Positions 39,356 through 53,029 of a stretch of 64,000 nt of DNA are shown in pieces. The stretch lies in NCBI RefSeq assembly GCF_963921235.1, contig NC_086108.1:115880001-115944000 (forward strand), given 5' to 3'. Below the pieces are notes generated by a model. It searched no databases. It was not told where the DNA came from and was given only the letters and a program-made list of their open reading frames with translations. Each line of letters starts with the position of its first letter. Position 1 is the stretch's first letter. The stretch comes from Mobula hypostoma. Taxonomy: Eukaryota. Position numbers and translations under genes: made by a program.

Positions 39356-41139
39356 TCAATACTTAATAACACCCTCTTTAGCAAGTATCACAGCTTGTAA
39401 ACACTTTCTGTAGCCAGCTAAGAGTCTTTCAATTCTTGTTTGGCAGATTTTCGCCCATTCTTCCTTGCAAAAGTCTTCTAGTTCTGTGAGATTCTTGGGC
39501 TGCTCTTTTAGGGTCTATCCACAGATTTTTGATGATGTTTAGGTCGGAGGACTGTGAGGGCCATGGCAAAACCTTCAGCTTGCGCCTCTTGAGGTAGTCC
39601 ATTGTGGATTTTGAGGTGTGTTTAGGATCATTATCCTGTTGTAGAAGCCATCCTCCTTCACCCTCAGCTGTCTTACAGATGGTGTGATATTTGCTTCCAG
39701 AATATGCTGGTATTTAATTGAATTCATTCTTCCTTCTGCCAGTGAAATGTTCCCCGTGCTACTGGCTGCAACACAAGCCTAAAGCATAATTGATCCACCC
39801 TCCTGCTTAACAGTTGGAGAGGTGTTCTTTTCATGAAATTCTGCACCCCTTTTTCTCCAAATATACCTTTGCTCATTGCAGCCAAAAGGTTCTATTTTAA
39901 CTTCATCAGTCCACAGGAATTGTTTCGAAAATGCATCAGGCTTGTTCAGATGTTCCTTTGCAAAGCTCCGACGCTGAATTTTGTGGTGAGGACACAGGAA
40001 AGGTTTTCTTCTGATGACTCTTCCATGAAGATCATATTTGTGCAGGTGTTGCTGCACAGTAGAAGAGTGAACCACCACTCCAGAGTCTGCTAAATTGTAG
40101 AACCGTAGAACCATAGAACCATAGAACAGCACAGTAAACAGGCCATTTGGCCCTTCTAGTCTGTGCCAAAACGTTATTCCGCTAGTCCCATTGACCTGCA
40201 TCCAATCCATAACCCTCCAGACCTCTCCCCATCCATGTACCTATGCAATTTATTCTTAAAACTTAAGAGTGGGCCCGCATTTATGTTCGATGGCAGCTCG
40301 TTCCACACTTCCACCACTCTCTGAGTGAAGAAGTTCCCCCCTAATGTTCCCCCTAAACCTTTCCCCTTTCACCCTAAAGCCATGTCCTCTCATATTTATC
40401 TCTCCTAATCTAAGTGGAAAGAGCCTATTCACATTTACTCTGTCTATACCCCCCCCCCATAATTTTGTAAACCTCTATCAAATCACCCCTCATTCTTCTA
40501 CGCTCCAAGGAATAAAGTCCTAACCTGTTCAATCTTTCCCTGTAACTCAACGCTTGAAGACCCGGCAACATCCTAGTAAATCTTCCCTGCACTCTTTCAA
40601 TCTTACTAATATCCTTCCTATACTTAGGTGACCAGAACTGTACACAATACTCCAAATTAGGCCCCACCAACATCTTGTACAACTTCTCCATAACCTCCCA
40701 ACTCCTATACTCAATACTTTGATTTATGAATGCCAGGAAGCCAAAAGCTTTCTTTACAACCCTGTCTACCTGTGACGCCACTTTCAGGGCATTATGTATC
40801 TGAACTCCCAGATCACTTTGTTCCTCCGCAGTCCGCAGTGCCCTACCATTGACTGCATATGTCCTACACCATCTTCCTGAAGATCTTTTGCAGTCAAACG
40901 GGGGTTTTGATGTGCCTTTCTAGCAATCCTACGAGCAGTTCTTTTGGACGTCTTCTTGGTCTTCCAGACTTCAACTTGACCTCCACCGTTGTTGTTAACT
41001 GCTATTTCTTAATTACATTACGAACTGAGGAAACGGCTACCTGAAAACGCTTTGCTATCTTCTTATAGCTTTCTCCTGCTTTGTGGGCATCATTTGTTTT
41101 AATTTTCAGAGTGCTATGCAGCTACTTAGAGGAGCCCAT
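39356..41139 (-). pseudogene. Tc1 transposase, disrupted by stops and a CR1 insertion
   Basis: [43 protein letters not shown] (catalytic E replaced by K), ..KY-stop. Confidence 0.93.
40096..40870 (-). mobile_element. CR1 3' fragment inside the Tc1 transposase
   Basis: (GTTCTATG)n tail on the minus strand; LEYCVQFWSP; removing it restores QED|LADSG with AT duplicated. Confidence 0.92.
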
Positions 41140-41960
41140 GGCTGCTGATTGTTGGGACAAGGTTTGAGGAGTCAGGGTATTTATAAAGCCTTGAAATTTG
41201 CATCACCTGGCCTTTCCTAACGATGACTGTGATCAAGCCATAGCCCTAACAAGCTAATTAAGGTCTGAGACCTTAGTAAAAGTTGTCTGAGAGCTCAAAT
41301 CTCTTGGGGTGCCCAAACTTTTGCATGGTGCTCCTTTCCTTTTTTTCACTCTAAAATTGTACAAAACAAAAATAATACACGAATCTTGCTTAAAATGTTG
41401 AAAAGAATGTTTCATCTTTAACTTTATGACTTTTGGAGATCAGTTCATCTTCTACTCACTTAACTATTCACAGTGGCAGAAATTTTGACCAGAGGTGCCC
41501 AAACGTTTGCATGCCACTGTATGCAGAGAGAATGTGCACAGATATGCAGTTAAACTGAGCACAGATGTGCAGGGATATGTGGTCAGATATGCAGGAGCAC
41601 TGAGGACAGATGTACATCAACACTGAGGACAGATATGCCGATATACTGAAGTATGCCGATATGCAGGAAGATTGAGGGCATATAAGAAGGTAGACTGAGG
41701 ACCTGTATGCAGGGACAGTGAGAGCAGATGTACAGGGAGACTGAGGAAAGATGTACAAGGGCACTGAGCACAGATTGACAGGGACACTGAGGACACATGA
41801 CAAGGGACACTGACGACAAATATTCAGGGCCACTGAGAAAATTATGCGGGGGCGCTGAAGACAGATATGTGTGGACACTGAGCACTGATATGCAGGGAGA
41901 CTGTGGACAGATATGCAGGGACACTAAGGACAAACGTACACGGACACTGAGGACATATAT

Positions 41961-44900
41961 GACCATAAGACCATAAGACAAAGGAGCAGAAGTAGGCCAT
42001 TCGGCCCATCGAGTCTGCTCCACCATTTTATCATGAGCTGATCCATTTTATCCTATTTAGTCCCACTGCCCCGCCTTCTCACCATAACCTTTGATGCCCT
42101 GGCTACTTAGATACCTATCAATCTCTGCCTTAAATACACCGAATGACTTGGCCTCCACTGCTGCCCGTGGCAACAAATTCCATAGATTCACCACCCTCTG
42201 ACTAAAAAAATTTTTTCGCATTTCTGTTCTGAAAGGGTGCCCTTCAATCCTGAAGTCATGCCCTCTCGTACTAGACTCCCCCATCATGGGAAACAACTTT
42301 GCTACATCCACTCTGTCCATGCCTTTTAACATTCAAAATGTTTCTATGAGGTCTCCCTTCATTCTTCTAAACTCCAAGGAATACAGTCCAAGAGCAGACG
42401 AACGTTCCTCATATGTTAACCCTCTCATTCCCGGAATCATTCTAGTGAATCTTCTCTGTGCCCTCTCCTACGTCAGCACATCCTTTCTTAAATAAGGAGA
42501 CCAAAACTGCCACAGTACTCCAAGTGAGGTCTCACCAGCGCCTTATAGAGCCTCAACATCACATCCCTGCTCCTATACTCTATTCCTCTAGAAATGAATG
42601 CCAACATTGCATTCGCCTTCTTCACTACTGACTCAACCTGGAGGTTAACATTAAGGGAATCCTGCACGAGGACTCCCAAGTCCCGTTGCATCTCAGAACT
42701 TTGAATTCTTTCCCCATTTAAATAATAGTCTGCCCGTTTATTTTTTCTGCCAAAGTGCATAACCATACACTTTCCAACATTGTACTTCATTTGCCACTTC
42801 TCTGCCCATTCTTCCAATCTATCCAAGTCTCTCTGCAGACTCTCCATTTCCTCAGCACTACCGGCCCCTCCACCTATCTTCGTATCGTCAGCAAACTTAG
42901 CCACAAAGCCATCTATTCCATATTCCAAATCGTTGATGTATAATGTAAAAAGAAGCGGCCCCAACACTGATCCCTGTGGAACACCACTGGTAACTGGCAG
43001 CCAACCAGAATAGGATCCCTCTATTCCCACTCTCTGTTTCCTGCCAATCAGCCAACGCTCTATCCATGTATGTAACTTTCCTGTAATTCCATGGGCTCTT
43101 ATCTTGTTAAGTAGCCACATGTGTGGCACCTTGTCAAAGGCCTTCTGAAAATCCAAATATACAACATCCACTGCATCTCCCTTGTCTAGCCTACTGGTAA
43201 TTTCCTCAAAAAATTGTAATAGGTTTGTCAGGCAGGATTTTCCTTTAAGGAATCCATGCTGAGTTCTGCCTATCTTGTCATATGCCTCCAGGTACTCTGT
43301 AACCTCATCCTTGACAATCGACTCTAACAACTTCCCAACCACGGATGTCAAGCTAACAGGTCTATAGTTTCCTTTTTGCTTCCTTGCTCCCTTCTTAAAT
43401 AGCGGAGTGACATTTGCAATCTTCCAGTCTTCCTGAACCATGCTAGAATCTATCGACTTTTGAAAGATCATCACTAATGCCTCCGCAATCTCCACAGCTA
43501 CTTCCTTCAGAACACGAGGGTGCATTCCATCTGGTCCAGGAGATTTATCGACCTTTAGCCTATTCAGCTTCCTGAGTACTTTCTCTGTCGTAATTGTGAC
43601 TATGCACACTTCTCTTCCTTGCCACCCTTGAGTGTCCGGTATCCTGCTGTCTTCCTCAGTGAAGACTGATGCAAAATACTTGTTCAGTTCCTCTGCCATC
43701 TCCTCATCTCCCATTACAATTTCTCCGTATCATTTTCTATCGGTCCTATATCTACTCTCACCTGTCTTTTACTCTTTATATACTTGAAAAAGCTTTTAGT
43801 ATCCTCTTTGATATTATTTGCTAGTTTCCTTTCATAGTTAATCTTTTGTCTCTTAATGACCTTCTTGGTTTCCTTTTGTTAAGGTTTTAAAAACTTCCCA
43901 ATCCTCTGTTTTCCCACTAATTTTGGCTTCCTTGTACGCCCTCTCCTTTGTTTTAACTTTGGCCTTGACTTCTCTTGTCAACCACGGTTGCAGCCTTTTT
44001 CCACTCGAAAATTTCTTCTTTTTTGGAATATACCTGTCTTGCACATTCCTCATTTCTCGCATAAACTCCAGCCACTGCTGCTCTGCTGTCTTTCCCGCCA
44101 GTGTCCCTTTCCAGTCAACTTTGGCCAGTTCCTCTCTCATGCCACTGTAATTTCCTTTACTCCACTGAAACACCGACACATCAGATTTCGGCTTCTCTTT
44201 TTCTAATTTCACAGTGAACTCAATCATGTTATGATCACTGCCTCCTAAGGGTTCCTTCACCTCAATCTCTCCAATCACCTCCGGTTCATTACACAATACC
44301 CAATCCAGTACAGCCGATCCCCTAGTGGGCTCAACAACAAGCTGTTCTAAAAAGCCATCTCGCAGACATTCTATAAATTCTCTCTCTCAAGATCTAGTGC
44401 CAACCTGATTTTCCCAATCTACTGCATGTTAAAATCCCCCACAATTATCATAACACTGCCCTTCTGACAAGCCTTTTCTATTTCCAGTTGTAATTTGTAG
44501 TCCACATCCCTGCAGCTGTTTGGAGGCCTATAAATAACTGCCATCAGGGTCCTTTTACCCCTGCTATTCCTTAGCTCAACCCATAAAGATTCTGCACCTT
44601 CCAATCCTATATCACCTCTTTCTAATGATTTAATATCATTTCTTACCAATAAAGCCACACCTCCCCCTCTGCCTACCTTCCTATCCTTCCGATACACCAT
44701 GTATCCTTGGACGTTCAGCTCCCAGAGACATGCATCCTTCAGCCAGGTGTCAGTGATGACCACAATATCATTCCTGCCAATCTGTAGCTGTACAACAAGA
44801 TCATCCACCTTATTCCTTATGCTGCGTGCATTTAAGTACAACACCTTAAGACCAGTATTTGATACTTTTTGCTTTGATTTCACTGCAACTTTATTGCACT

Positions 44901-45215
44901 GTAACTCATCCCAATGGCTACACATTTGCCCCATCACCTGCCTGTCTTTCCTGACATCTTTACTGCTCACTATCTTAGATTTATTTCTGTTTTCCCCTTC
45001 CTCCGCTCTATCATTCCGGTTCCCATCCCCCTGCCAAATTAGTTTAAACCCTCCCTAACAGCTCTATTAAACTTTCCCGCCAGGATATTGGTCCCCTTCG
45101 GGTTCAGGTGTAACCTGTCCTTTTTGAACAGGTCATACTTCCCCCAGAAGAGATCCCAATTATCCAAGAATCTGAAGCCCTGCCCCCTACACCAGTCTCT
45201 CAGCCAGGCAGTCTC
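41961..45215 (-). mobile_element. CR1 LINE (end of ORF1 + frameshifted ORF2) inserted in the satellite
   Basis: 408-aa ORF 42488-43714 with PQGSVLGP and FADD; APE motifs at 44419-44970; tail (TCTTATGG)n. Confidence 0.95.
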
Positions 45216-46355
45216 TATGCAGGGACTGATGATAGATTTGCAGGAACTGAGGCCAGATATGCAGGCATACTGAGGCGAGACACACTGGGAAGCTGAAGAC
45301 AGATATACAGGGACACTGGGCACAGATGTGCAGGGACATCATGGACAAATATGCAGCCACACTTGTACAGATATGCAGGGGCACTTGGGACAGATATGCG
45401 GGTAGCTGTATAAGGACTCTGAAGGCAGGTGTACAGGGACATGGAGGACAAATATGCAGGGACACTGAGGACAGATATGCATGGGTATTGAGAACAGATG
45501 TGCAGTGACCTTGAATACAGACGAACAGAGACATGCAATGACACTGAGGACGTATGTACAGAATCACAGAGGACTGACTTGCAGGGAAACCTATGTCAGA
45601 TATGCATGGACAATGAGGCGAGATGTCAGGGCCACTGAGGACAGATATGCAGCGACACTGAGGATAGATATGGATGGATACTGAGGACAGGTGTACAGAG
45701 ACAATGAGCACAGATATGCAGAGAGACTGTGGACAGCTGTAGAGGCAACTGAGGACAAATATACAGAGATACTGAGGACTGATATGCAGGGACACCGTGG
45801 AGAAATATGTAGGGACATTTGTGCAGTTATTGAGGCCAGATATGCAGTGACACTGGGGACAGATATGCAGCCCACTGTGGAAAGATTCTCAGGGACACTG
45901 AGGACACACGTACAGGGACACCAAGGACAGATATGCATGGACACTGAACTTTGCTATACAGGGACAATATGGACAGGTGTGCAGGGATACTGAGGATAGA
46001 TATGCAGGGATACTGGGGAAAGATGTACAGGGACAGTGAAGGCAGATATGCGAAATACTGAGGACAGATATATAGGGACACAGAGGAAGATATTCTCAGG
46101 CGCTGAGCTCAAATATGTATGGACACTGAAGACAGATATACAGGGACTGATGACAGATATGCAGGGATATTGAGGAGAGGTACGCAGGGATACCATACAC
46201 AAATATGCAGCAACACTTGTGTAGATATGCAGGGACACAGAGGAGTGATATCCAGTGACACTGAGGATAAATATGCAGGGACACTGAGGACAGATATGCA
46301 TCGACTCTGTGGACAGTGGTACAGGGACAGTGAAGACAGATGTGTGAAATACTGA

Positions 46356-46914
46356 TGTGACCCTCAGGCTCGGCCAGCACGTGTTCGTCTAGGGGAAGAC
46401 AACTTCTGGCCCCGCCAAACTGAGAAATTTCGTTTGTGTGGTTGCTGCATGATGGGTTGCCAGGTTACAAATCCGCACCTCAAGATATCAGACAGTACAC
46501 CATATGCAATTAAATGACTAAGCTTCATAAATCTTAATCTGAATATAGGGTAGTAAAGGAAATAAAAAAGGAAAAGGGCCCACTTTAAGGAAAAACTCAA
46601 AAGTGTACGCTGGATCTCACTAATTTGGCCGTACATCAACCATCGACCTCGTCCGTGCATCGCCGCCTTCGGACCCTCGCTCCCAGTCCACTCCATCCGG
46701 TGGTCTACCAGCTCTCTCTACACGCGTCCTCCTTCATCTTCTCACGCCGACAAAAGACCGCAAAAATCTCTCTTCCAGACGGACAAGAAAGAACAACATC
46801 TCTCTCATTGTATAGTCCCCACATTCCAAAGCCCTGTTATCTCTAGTCATAACCCAAATATTGCTGCTACAGTGAAACCATTACATCAGCAGTGAAACAT
46901 TACAGGGTGTTACA
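46356..46914 (-). repeat. 3' LTR (559 bp) of the Gypsy element
   Basis: Minus strand reads TGTAAC...GTCACA, preceded by purine-rich GGTGTGAAGAGAA (46915-46927). Confidence 0.82.
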
Positions 46915-47310
46915 TTCTCTTCACACCAAACTTAGTCATGTCCTCATGATGTTGAGATAGTTCGCAAATCCTTCCGATAAAACACAAAGCCCAATCCAGG
47001 TGTAAAAGGCAGTGACATAGCTCCCCAAAACGGTAGGGGTTACACTCTGTTCCCCTGCAGCTGCGTAGGCCAGCCTATCCAGTAGTGTCCTAATTCTCTG
47101 AGACCTCCGTGCTCCCTCATCTACCTCTTCAGGTTCAGACACTAATGGGGATACTTCCGGTCTACCTGGTGAGGCCTCACCGATCTATTACTTGTGCTCA
47201 CCTGCAACTTGGAGCCCTTTGTTCCGTGGCCAAACCCCGCTTCCTCCCCAGCAGAGTCCCGCTGCAACCCAGGTACCCACAGATAGCACCCCCACCCACT
47301 TCACCTGACA

Positions 47311-47993
47311 CAATTAAATTACATTAGATTAGATTATGAGGACACTCAGTCCTTGTTTATTGTCATTTAGAAATGCATGCATTAAAAAATGATACAATGT
47401 TCTTCCAGAGTGATATCACAAAAAAAACAGGGCAAACCAAAGACTAACACTGACAAGATCACATAATTATAACATATAGTTACAGCAGTGCAAAACAATA
47501 CCATAATTTGATAAAGAACAGACCATGGGCATGGTAAAAAAAAGTCTCAAAGTTCCAATCGACTCCCTATAGTCCCGATAGCAGGCAGCAAAAGGGAGAA
47601 ACTCTCTCTGCTATAAACCTCCAGGTGCCGACAACTGCCGATGCATTGGAAGCAGCCAACCACTGCCAACTCTGAGTCTGTCTGAAAACTTCAAGCCCCT
47701 GACCAGCCCCTCTGATACAGCCTCCCGAGCACCATCCTCTGCCGAGTCCTATGACCCCTCCGGCCGCCGAGCAACAAGCAAAGCTGAGGACTCGGGGCCT
47801 TCTCCTTCGGAGATACTGGATCACACAGTAGCAGCAGCAGAGAAGCAGGCATTTCAGAAGTTTCTCCAAATGTTCCTCCGTGCTTTCACGTCTGTCTCCA
47901 TCAAATCAGGATTGTGCATGGCACCCTACTTGAATGATTACAGATATTATTCACCAGAGTGGCCGCTGCGCCCTGCGTCGCGCCGCTGTCTTC
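47311..47993 (-). mobile_element. Non-coding retroposon (SINE-like) with L2/Rex1-like 3' end
   Basis: Minus strand ends AATGACAATAAA...(TCTAA)n; GC-rich 5' end; interrupts the Gypsy integrase C-terminal region. Confidence 0.6.
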
Positions 47994-48179
47994 TCCTCAA
48001 TAGGAGAAGGGCCGGGAGTTTCTTCTTCAGTCAATGGGGAGTTGGCGAAAGGCAGCATATACAACACATCCAGGTCCTCATCCTCCAAATCAGTATCCCT
48101 CCCAGGGGTGGGGGCCGGCCTAACCTCACCTGTTGGGGGCCCTGTAGACGTCCCGCTTTTCCGCAGAGTGCTCTTACTA

Positions 48180-49839
48180 GGTTTAACATGCAAAACCTAC
48201 AGCATAAAACAGGCCCTTCGGCCCACAAAGCTGTGCTGAACCTGTCCTTACCTGAAAATTTACCTAGGGTTACCCATAGGCCTCTACTTTTTTCAGCTCC
48301 ATGTCCAGGAGTCTCTTAAAAAACCCTATCATTTCCACCTCCACCAGCGTCGCCTGCAGCCCATTCCACGCGCTCACCACTCTCTGCGTAAAAAAACTTA
48401 CCCCTGACATCTCCTCTGTATCTACTTCCAAGCACCTTAAAACTGTGCCCTCTCATGCTAGCCATTTCAACCCTGGAGAAAAAGCCTCTGACTATCCACA
48501 TGATCAATGCCTCTCATCATCTTATACAACTCTATCAAGTCACCTCTCGTCCTCCGTCGCAACAAGGAAAAAAGGCCGAGTTCACTCAACCTATTCTCAT
48601 AAGGTATGCCCCCAATCCAGGCAACATCCTTGTAAATCTCCTCTGCACCCTGTCTATGATTTCCACATTCTTCCTGTAGTGAGGCGACCAGAACTGAGCA
48701 TAGTACTCCAAGTGGGGTTTAACAAGGGTCCTATTAAACCTGCAACATTACCTCTCAGCTCCTAAATTCAGTCCCACGATTGATGAAGGCCAATGCACTG
48801 CATGCCTTCTTAACCACAGAGTCAACCTGCGCAGCAGCTTTGAGTGTCCTATGGACTCAGACCACAAGATCCCTCTGATCCTCCACACTGCCAAGAGTCT
48901 TACCATTAATGCTATATTCTGCCGTCATATGTGACCTACCAAAATGAACCACTTCACACTTATCTGGATTGAACTCCATCTGCCATTTCTTAGCCCAGTT
49001 TTGCATCCTATCAATGCAACTTCTGACAGCCCTCCACACTATCCACAACACCCCCAACCTTTGTGCCATCAGCAAATTCACTAACCCATCCCTTCACTTC
49101 CTCGTCCAGGTCATTTATAAAAATCACGAAGAGTAGGTTTCCCAGAACGGATCCTGAGGTACACCACTGGTCACCGACCTCCACGCAGAATATGACCCAT
49201 CTACAACCACTCTTTGCTTTCCATGGGCAAGCCAATTCTGGATCCACAAAGCAATATCCCCTTGGATCCCATGCCTCCTTACTTTCTCAATAAGCCTTGC
49301 ATGGGTGCTTTGTCAAACACCTTGCTGAAATCCATATACACTACATCTACTACTCTACCTTCATCACTGTGATTAGTCACATCCTCAAAAAATTCAATCA
49401 GGCTGGTAAGGCACGACCTACCTTTGACAACGCCATGTTGACTATTCCTAATTATATTATGCTTCTCCAAATGTTCATAAATCCTGCCTCTCAGGATTTT
49501 CTCCATCAACTTACCGACCACTGAACTAAGACTGACTGGTCAAATTTCCTGAGCTAGCTTTACTCCCTTTCTTGAATAATGGAACAACATTATCAACCCT
49601 CCAATCTTCCGGAACCTCTCCTATCCCCATTGCCGATGCAAAGATCATTGCCAGAGACTCAGCAATCTCCTCCCTCGCCTCCCACAGTAGCCTGGGGTAC
49701 TTACCGTCCGGTCCCGTGACTTATCAGACTTGACGCTTTCCAAAAGTTACAGCACATCCTCGTTCTTAATATCGACATGCTCAAGCTTTTCAGTCCGTTG
49801 TAAGTCCGCTACAATCGCCAAGATCCTTTTCCGTAGTGA
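48180..49839 (-). mobile_element. 5'-truncated CR1 LINE inside the Gypsy integrase
   Basis: SQHGVVKGRSCLTSL, YMDFSK, FADGTK; CR1 3' end at ~48180-48240. Confidence 0.9.
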
Positions 49840-51976
49840 CTTCCGTCGCACGCAGCGAATGCACGATTTGCAGTTTTCTTCGACCTCCGACTTCATCCGA
49901 GAACATTAAAACCGGTCTCTGAGCAATCCATAGGTCTTGTCCACCCCCAAATGTCCAGAATCATCATGAAGTTGCTTCAAGGCCATCCTCCGATACTTCT
50001 CGGGCAGAACCAGCTAGCAACGCCGGGATCGGTCTGGGGGTGACGTGACCCGGTATAAGATCTGGTTCTTCAACTCCAACCGAGGCCATTCTCTCAGTAA
50101 TGGAGGCACCGACACGTGTTTCGTCCTCTTCGCCTAAGCCATGTCTCCCATTTCAACCGCCGCCCCAATAGTACCAATGCCCGGATCATCTCGCTGCGGG
50201 CAGCCACTTCCCCAGAACTCAATTCCGGCAGCTGATGTGTCTTCAGAGCAGTCAGGTTACAGTAAACTTGGGGCATGGAGTCATCAGAAGCCCCCAATTG
50301 CACCACCGCTCGCTCCAGCTCCTTCTTTTCCTCTAACTTCAGGGTGATGGCAAACTGACACATTGCCTTCACCCCAGGGGCAGGAACGCTCTCCTACTCC
50401 TCGTCCCTGTCTAGCCCCTCGTGCACCCGTCGGGACAAAGAATCCGCATCAATGTCCCGGCTTCCCGGCCGGTACTTCAGGCTGAAATCACAGGCAGACA
50501 ATGCCGCCAACCACCGATGGCCTGTGGCACCCAGTTTCGCCGAGGTCAGGATATAAGTTGAGGTTTGTTGCCCGTCCTCACCTCAAACTTGGCCCCGTAG
50601 AGGTAGTCACTCAACTAATCAACCTCCGCCCATTTCAACGCCAGAAGTTCCAACTTGTGCCTGGGATAGTTTTTCTCGGAAGGCGACACTCTCCGGCTAA
50701 CAAACGCAACGGTTCTCAACCCGGTGTCCTGATCCTGATACAGGACGCCCCCAGTCCCGCACGGCCGGCATCCTTGTGCAGTACACACGGCAGTCGGGGG
50801 TCCGCAAAACCCAGCACCGGCGCTTGTGTCAGCAGCTGCTTCAACAACTAATAGACCAATTCTCAGTTTACATCCCACCTCGATCAAAAGGGCTTCGACA
50901 GTTTAAGATACTGTCCACCCTCTTGTCCTTTCTTCCCCGAGGGAGGGTAATCGCACAGAAACTGATTCAACGGGTAACTCACTTTCGCGTAGCCTTTCAC
51001 GAATCTCCGATAGTAATTATAGAACCCGAGGAACGAGCGCAAAGCGCTCACAGTCTGGGGTCTTGACCAAGTGGAAACCGCCTCAGCTGGATCTGTAGCT
51101 ATCCATGAGATTATGTGCCCAACATTGCTAACAGACGTTTGGCAGAACTGGCACTTGCCCAGCACCATCAGCAGCCTCGCTTCATGTTCTTCCAAGGTGG
51201 ATCCAAATGCTATGATGTCATCCAGATATACCGATACCCCAAGCTAGCTCACTGTCGTCTCCATGACCCGCTGGAAGGTTGCAGGAGCTCCCGATATGCC
51301 CTGGGGCATCCATTCGACCTGGAAGAATCCCAGAGAACACATCAAGGCCGTCCTCTCTTCGTCAGCCTCATTCACGGGGATCTGAGTAATATCCACTTCT
51401 CAAATCCAGTACACTGAACCACTTCGCACCGTCAGACAGGCCAGCGCGTCTTTTATCCTCGGGATCGTATACTGGCCATGGACGGTAAGCCTCTTCAGAG
51501 TCCTATAGTCCACAAACTTTCCCATTCTTCTTCCGGGCCACTACTACTGGGGATGCATAGGGGCTTCGCGACCCAGTGATGATCACAGCTTCCTCAAACG
51601 TAGACAACTGCTGCCGCACGTCTTCTAATCTGCAACGGCCAGTCGCCGCAACCTCTTTATAAGAAGCCGGATAGTGTGACGGGTGCTCTTGGAAGAACTC
51701 ACCTTCCAGCTTCAACGTCTTTTCTACCGATCTCCATTTCCACACGGCAGGCACCACGGAGTCCCTGAAGTTCAATTACTCAGCTGTCAACTACCCGCCC
51801 CCCGCCCGACCCCGCTCCTTTTCCTATAGTTTCTCCCGGCTTGTCTCACAGGGACACTGGGCATTACCGTCACGGGGAACAGGGGCACCAGGGGCATCCC
51901 CCGCTTGAAGGTGACCTCCCCCTTCGTAGTGTTCCTGTCCATCACTGCCATCCTGCTCGACTGTACAACCGAGGGC
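49840..51976 (-). pseudogene. pol: Gypsy pol remnant (RT, RNase H, integrase zinc finger)
   Basis: SPYASPVVV, VYLDD (51217-51228), LRSFLGF.NYYRRF, KLELLALKWA, LHDDSGH and CKSC..C; many frameshifts. Confidence 0.9.
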
Positions 51977-52161
51977 CGTCAAAAGGTGGGCGTTGGAAAC
52001 GGACTCAAGAGCAAGACACAGACACTGAAGTACAAGGAAGAGGACTTGACTAGAGTAGGGACGTAAACACGAGGAAATCTGCAGATGCTGGAATTTCAAG
52101 CAACACACATCAAAGTTGCTGGTGAACGCAGCAGGCCAGGCAGCATCTCTAGGAAGAGGTA

Positions 52162-52199
52162 CAGTCGACGTTTCAGGCCGAGACGCTTCGTCAGGACTA
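52162..52199 (-). ncRNA. Second hammerhead motif in the inverted arm, stem II mutated
   Basis: Minus strand TAGTC-CTGACGA-A-GCGT-CTCG-GCCT-GAAAC-GTC-GACTG; C-C mismatch in stem II. Confidence 0.75.
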
Positions 52200-53029
52200 A
52201 CTGAAGGAAGAGTTAGTAAGTGATTTGAAAGTGGGAGGGGGAGGGGGAGATCCAAAATGATAGGAGAAGACAGAAGGGGGAGGGATGGAGCCAAGAGCTG
52301 GACAGGTGATAGGCAAAGGGGATATGAGAGGATCATGGGACAGGAGGCCCAGGCAGAAGGAAAAGGGGGGGGGGGGAGGAACCCAGAGGATGGGCAAGGG
52401 GTATAGTCAGAGGGACAGAGGGAGAAAAGGGAGAGAGAGAGAAAGAATGTGTGTATATAAATAAATAACGGATGGGGTACGAGGGGGAGGTGGGGCATTA
52501 GCGGAAGTTTGAGAAGTCAGAATATAAGGTGTTGTTCCTCCAACCTGAGTGTGGCTTCATCTTTACGGTAGAGGAGGCCGTGGATACATATATCAGAATG
52601 GGAATGGGATGTGGAATTAAAATGTGTGGCCACTGGGGGATCCTGCTTTCTCTGGCGGACAGAGCGTAGGTGTTCAGCAAAACGATCTCCCAGTTTGCGT
52701 TGGGTCTCGCCAATATATAGAAGGCCACATCGGGAGCACCGGACGCAGTATATCACCCCAGCCGACTCACAGGTGAAGTGTCACCTCTCCTGAAAGGACT
52801 GTCTGGGGCCCTGACTGGTGGTAAGGGAGGAAGTGTAAGGGCATGTGTAGCACTTGTTCCGCTTACAAGGATAAGTGCCAGGAGGGAGATCGGTGGGGAG
52901 GTATTGGGGGGGGGGGGGATGAATGGACGAGGGAGTCGCATAGGCAGCGATCCCTGCGGAAAGCAAGGGGGGGGGAGGGAAAGATGTGCTTAGTGGTGGG
53001 ATCCCGGTGGAGGTGGCGGAAGTTACGTA

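Larger units (their letters stand above)
39135..41519 (-). mobile_element. Complete Tc1 transposon of IR/DR type with TA TSD
   Basis: TA|CAGTGGTATGCAAAAGTTTGGGCACC...GGTGCCCAAACGTTTGCATGCCACTG|TA; ~215-bp TIRs with inner repeats at ~39331 and ~41306. Confidence 0.96.
30323..46355. repeat. Diverged 23-bp satellite, consensus GACAGATATGCAGGGACACTGAG, in blocks 30323-39134, 41520-41960 and ~45216-46355
   Basis: 23-nt periodicity is visible, e.g. GACACTG at 31451 and 31474; about 10 kb net of insertions. Confidence 0.97.

Noticed and set aside
30323..46355. CRISPR-like periodicity
   Set aside because: Units are contiguous with no unique spacers, there are no cas genes, and the context is eukaryotic.
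51824..52498. 224-aa minus-strand ORF
   Set aside because: Runs across the Penelope 3' UTR, LTR-A and Gypsy junctions; a chance read-through.
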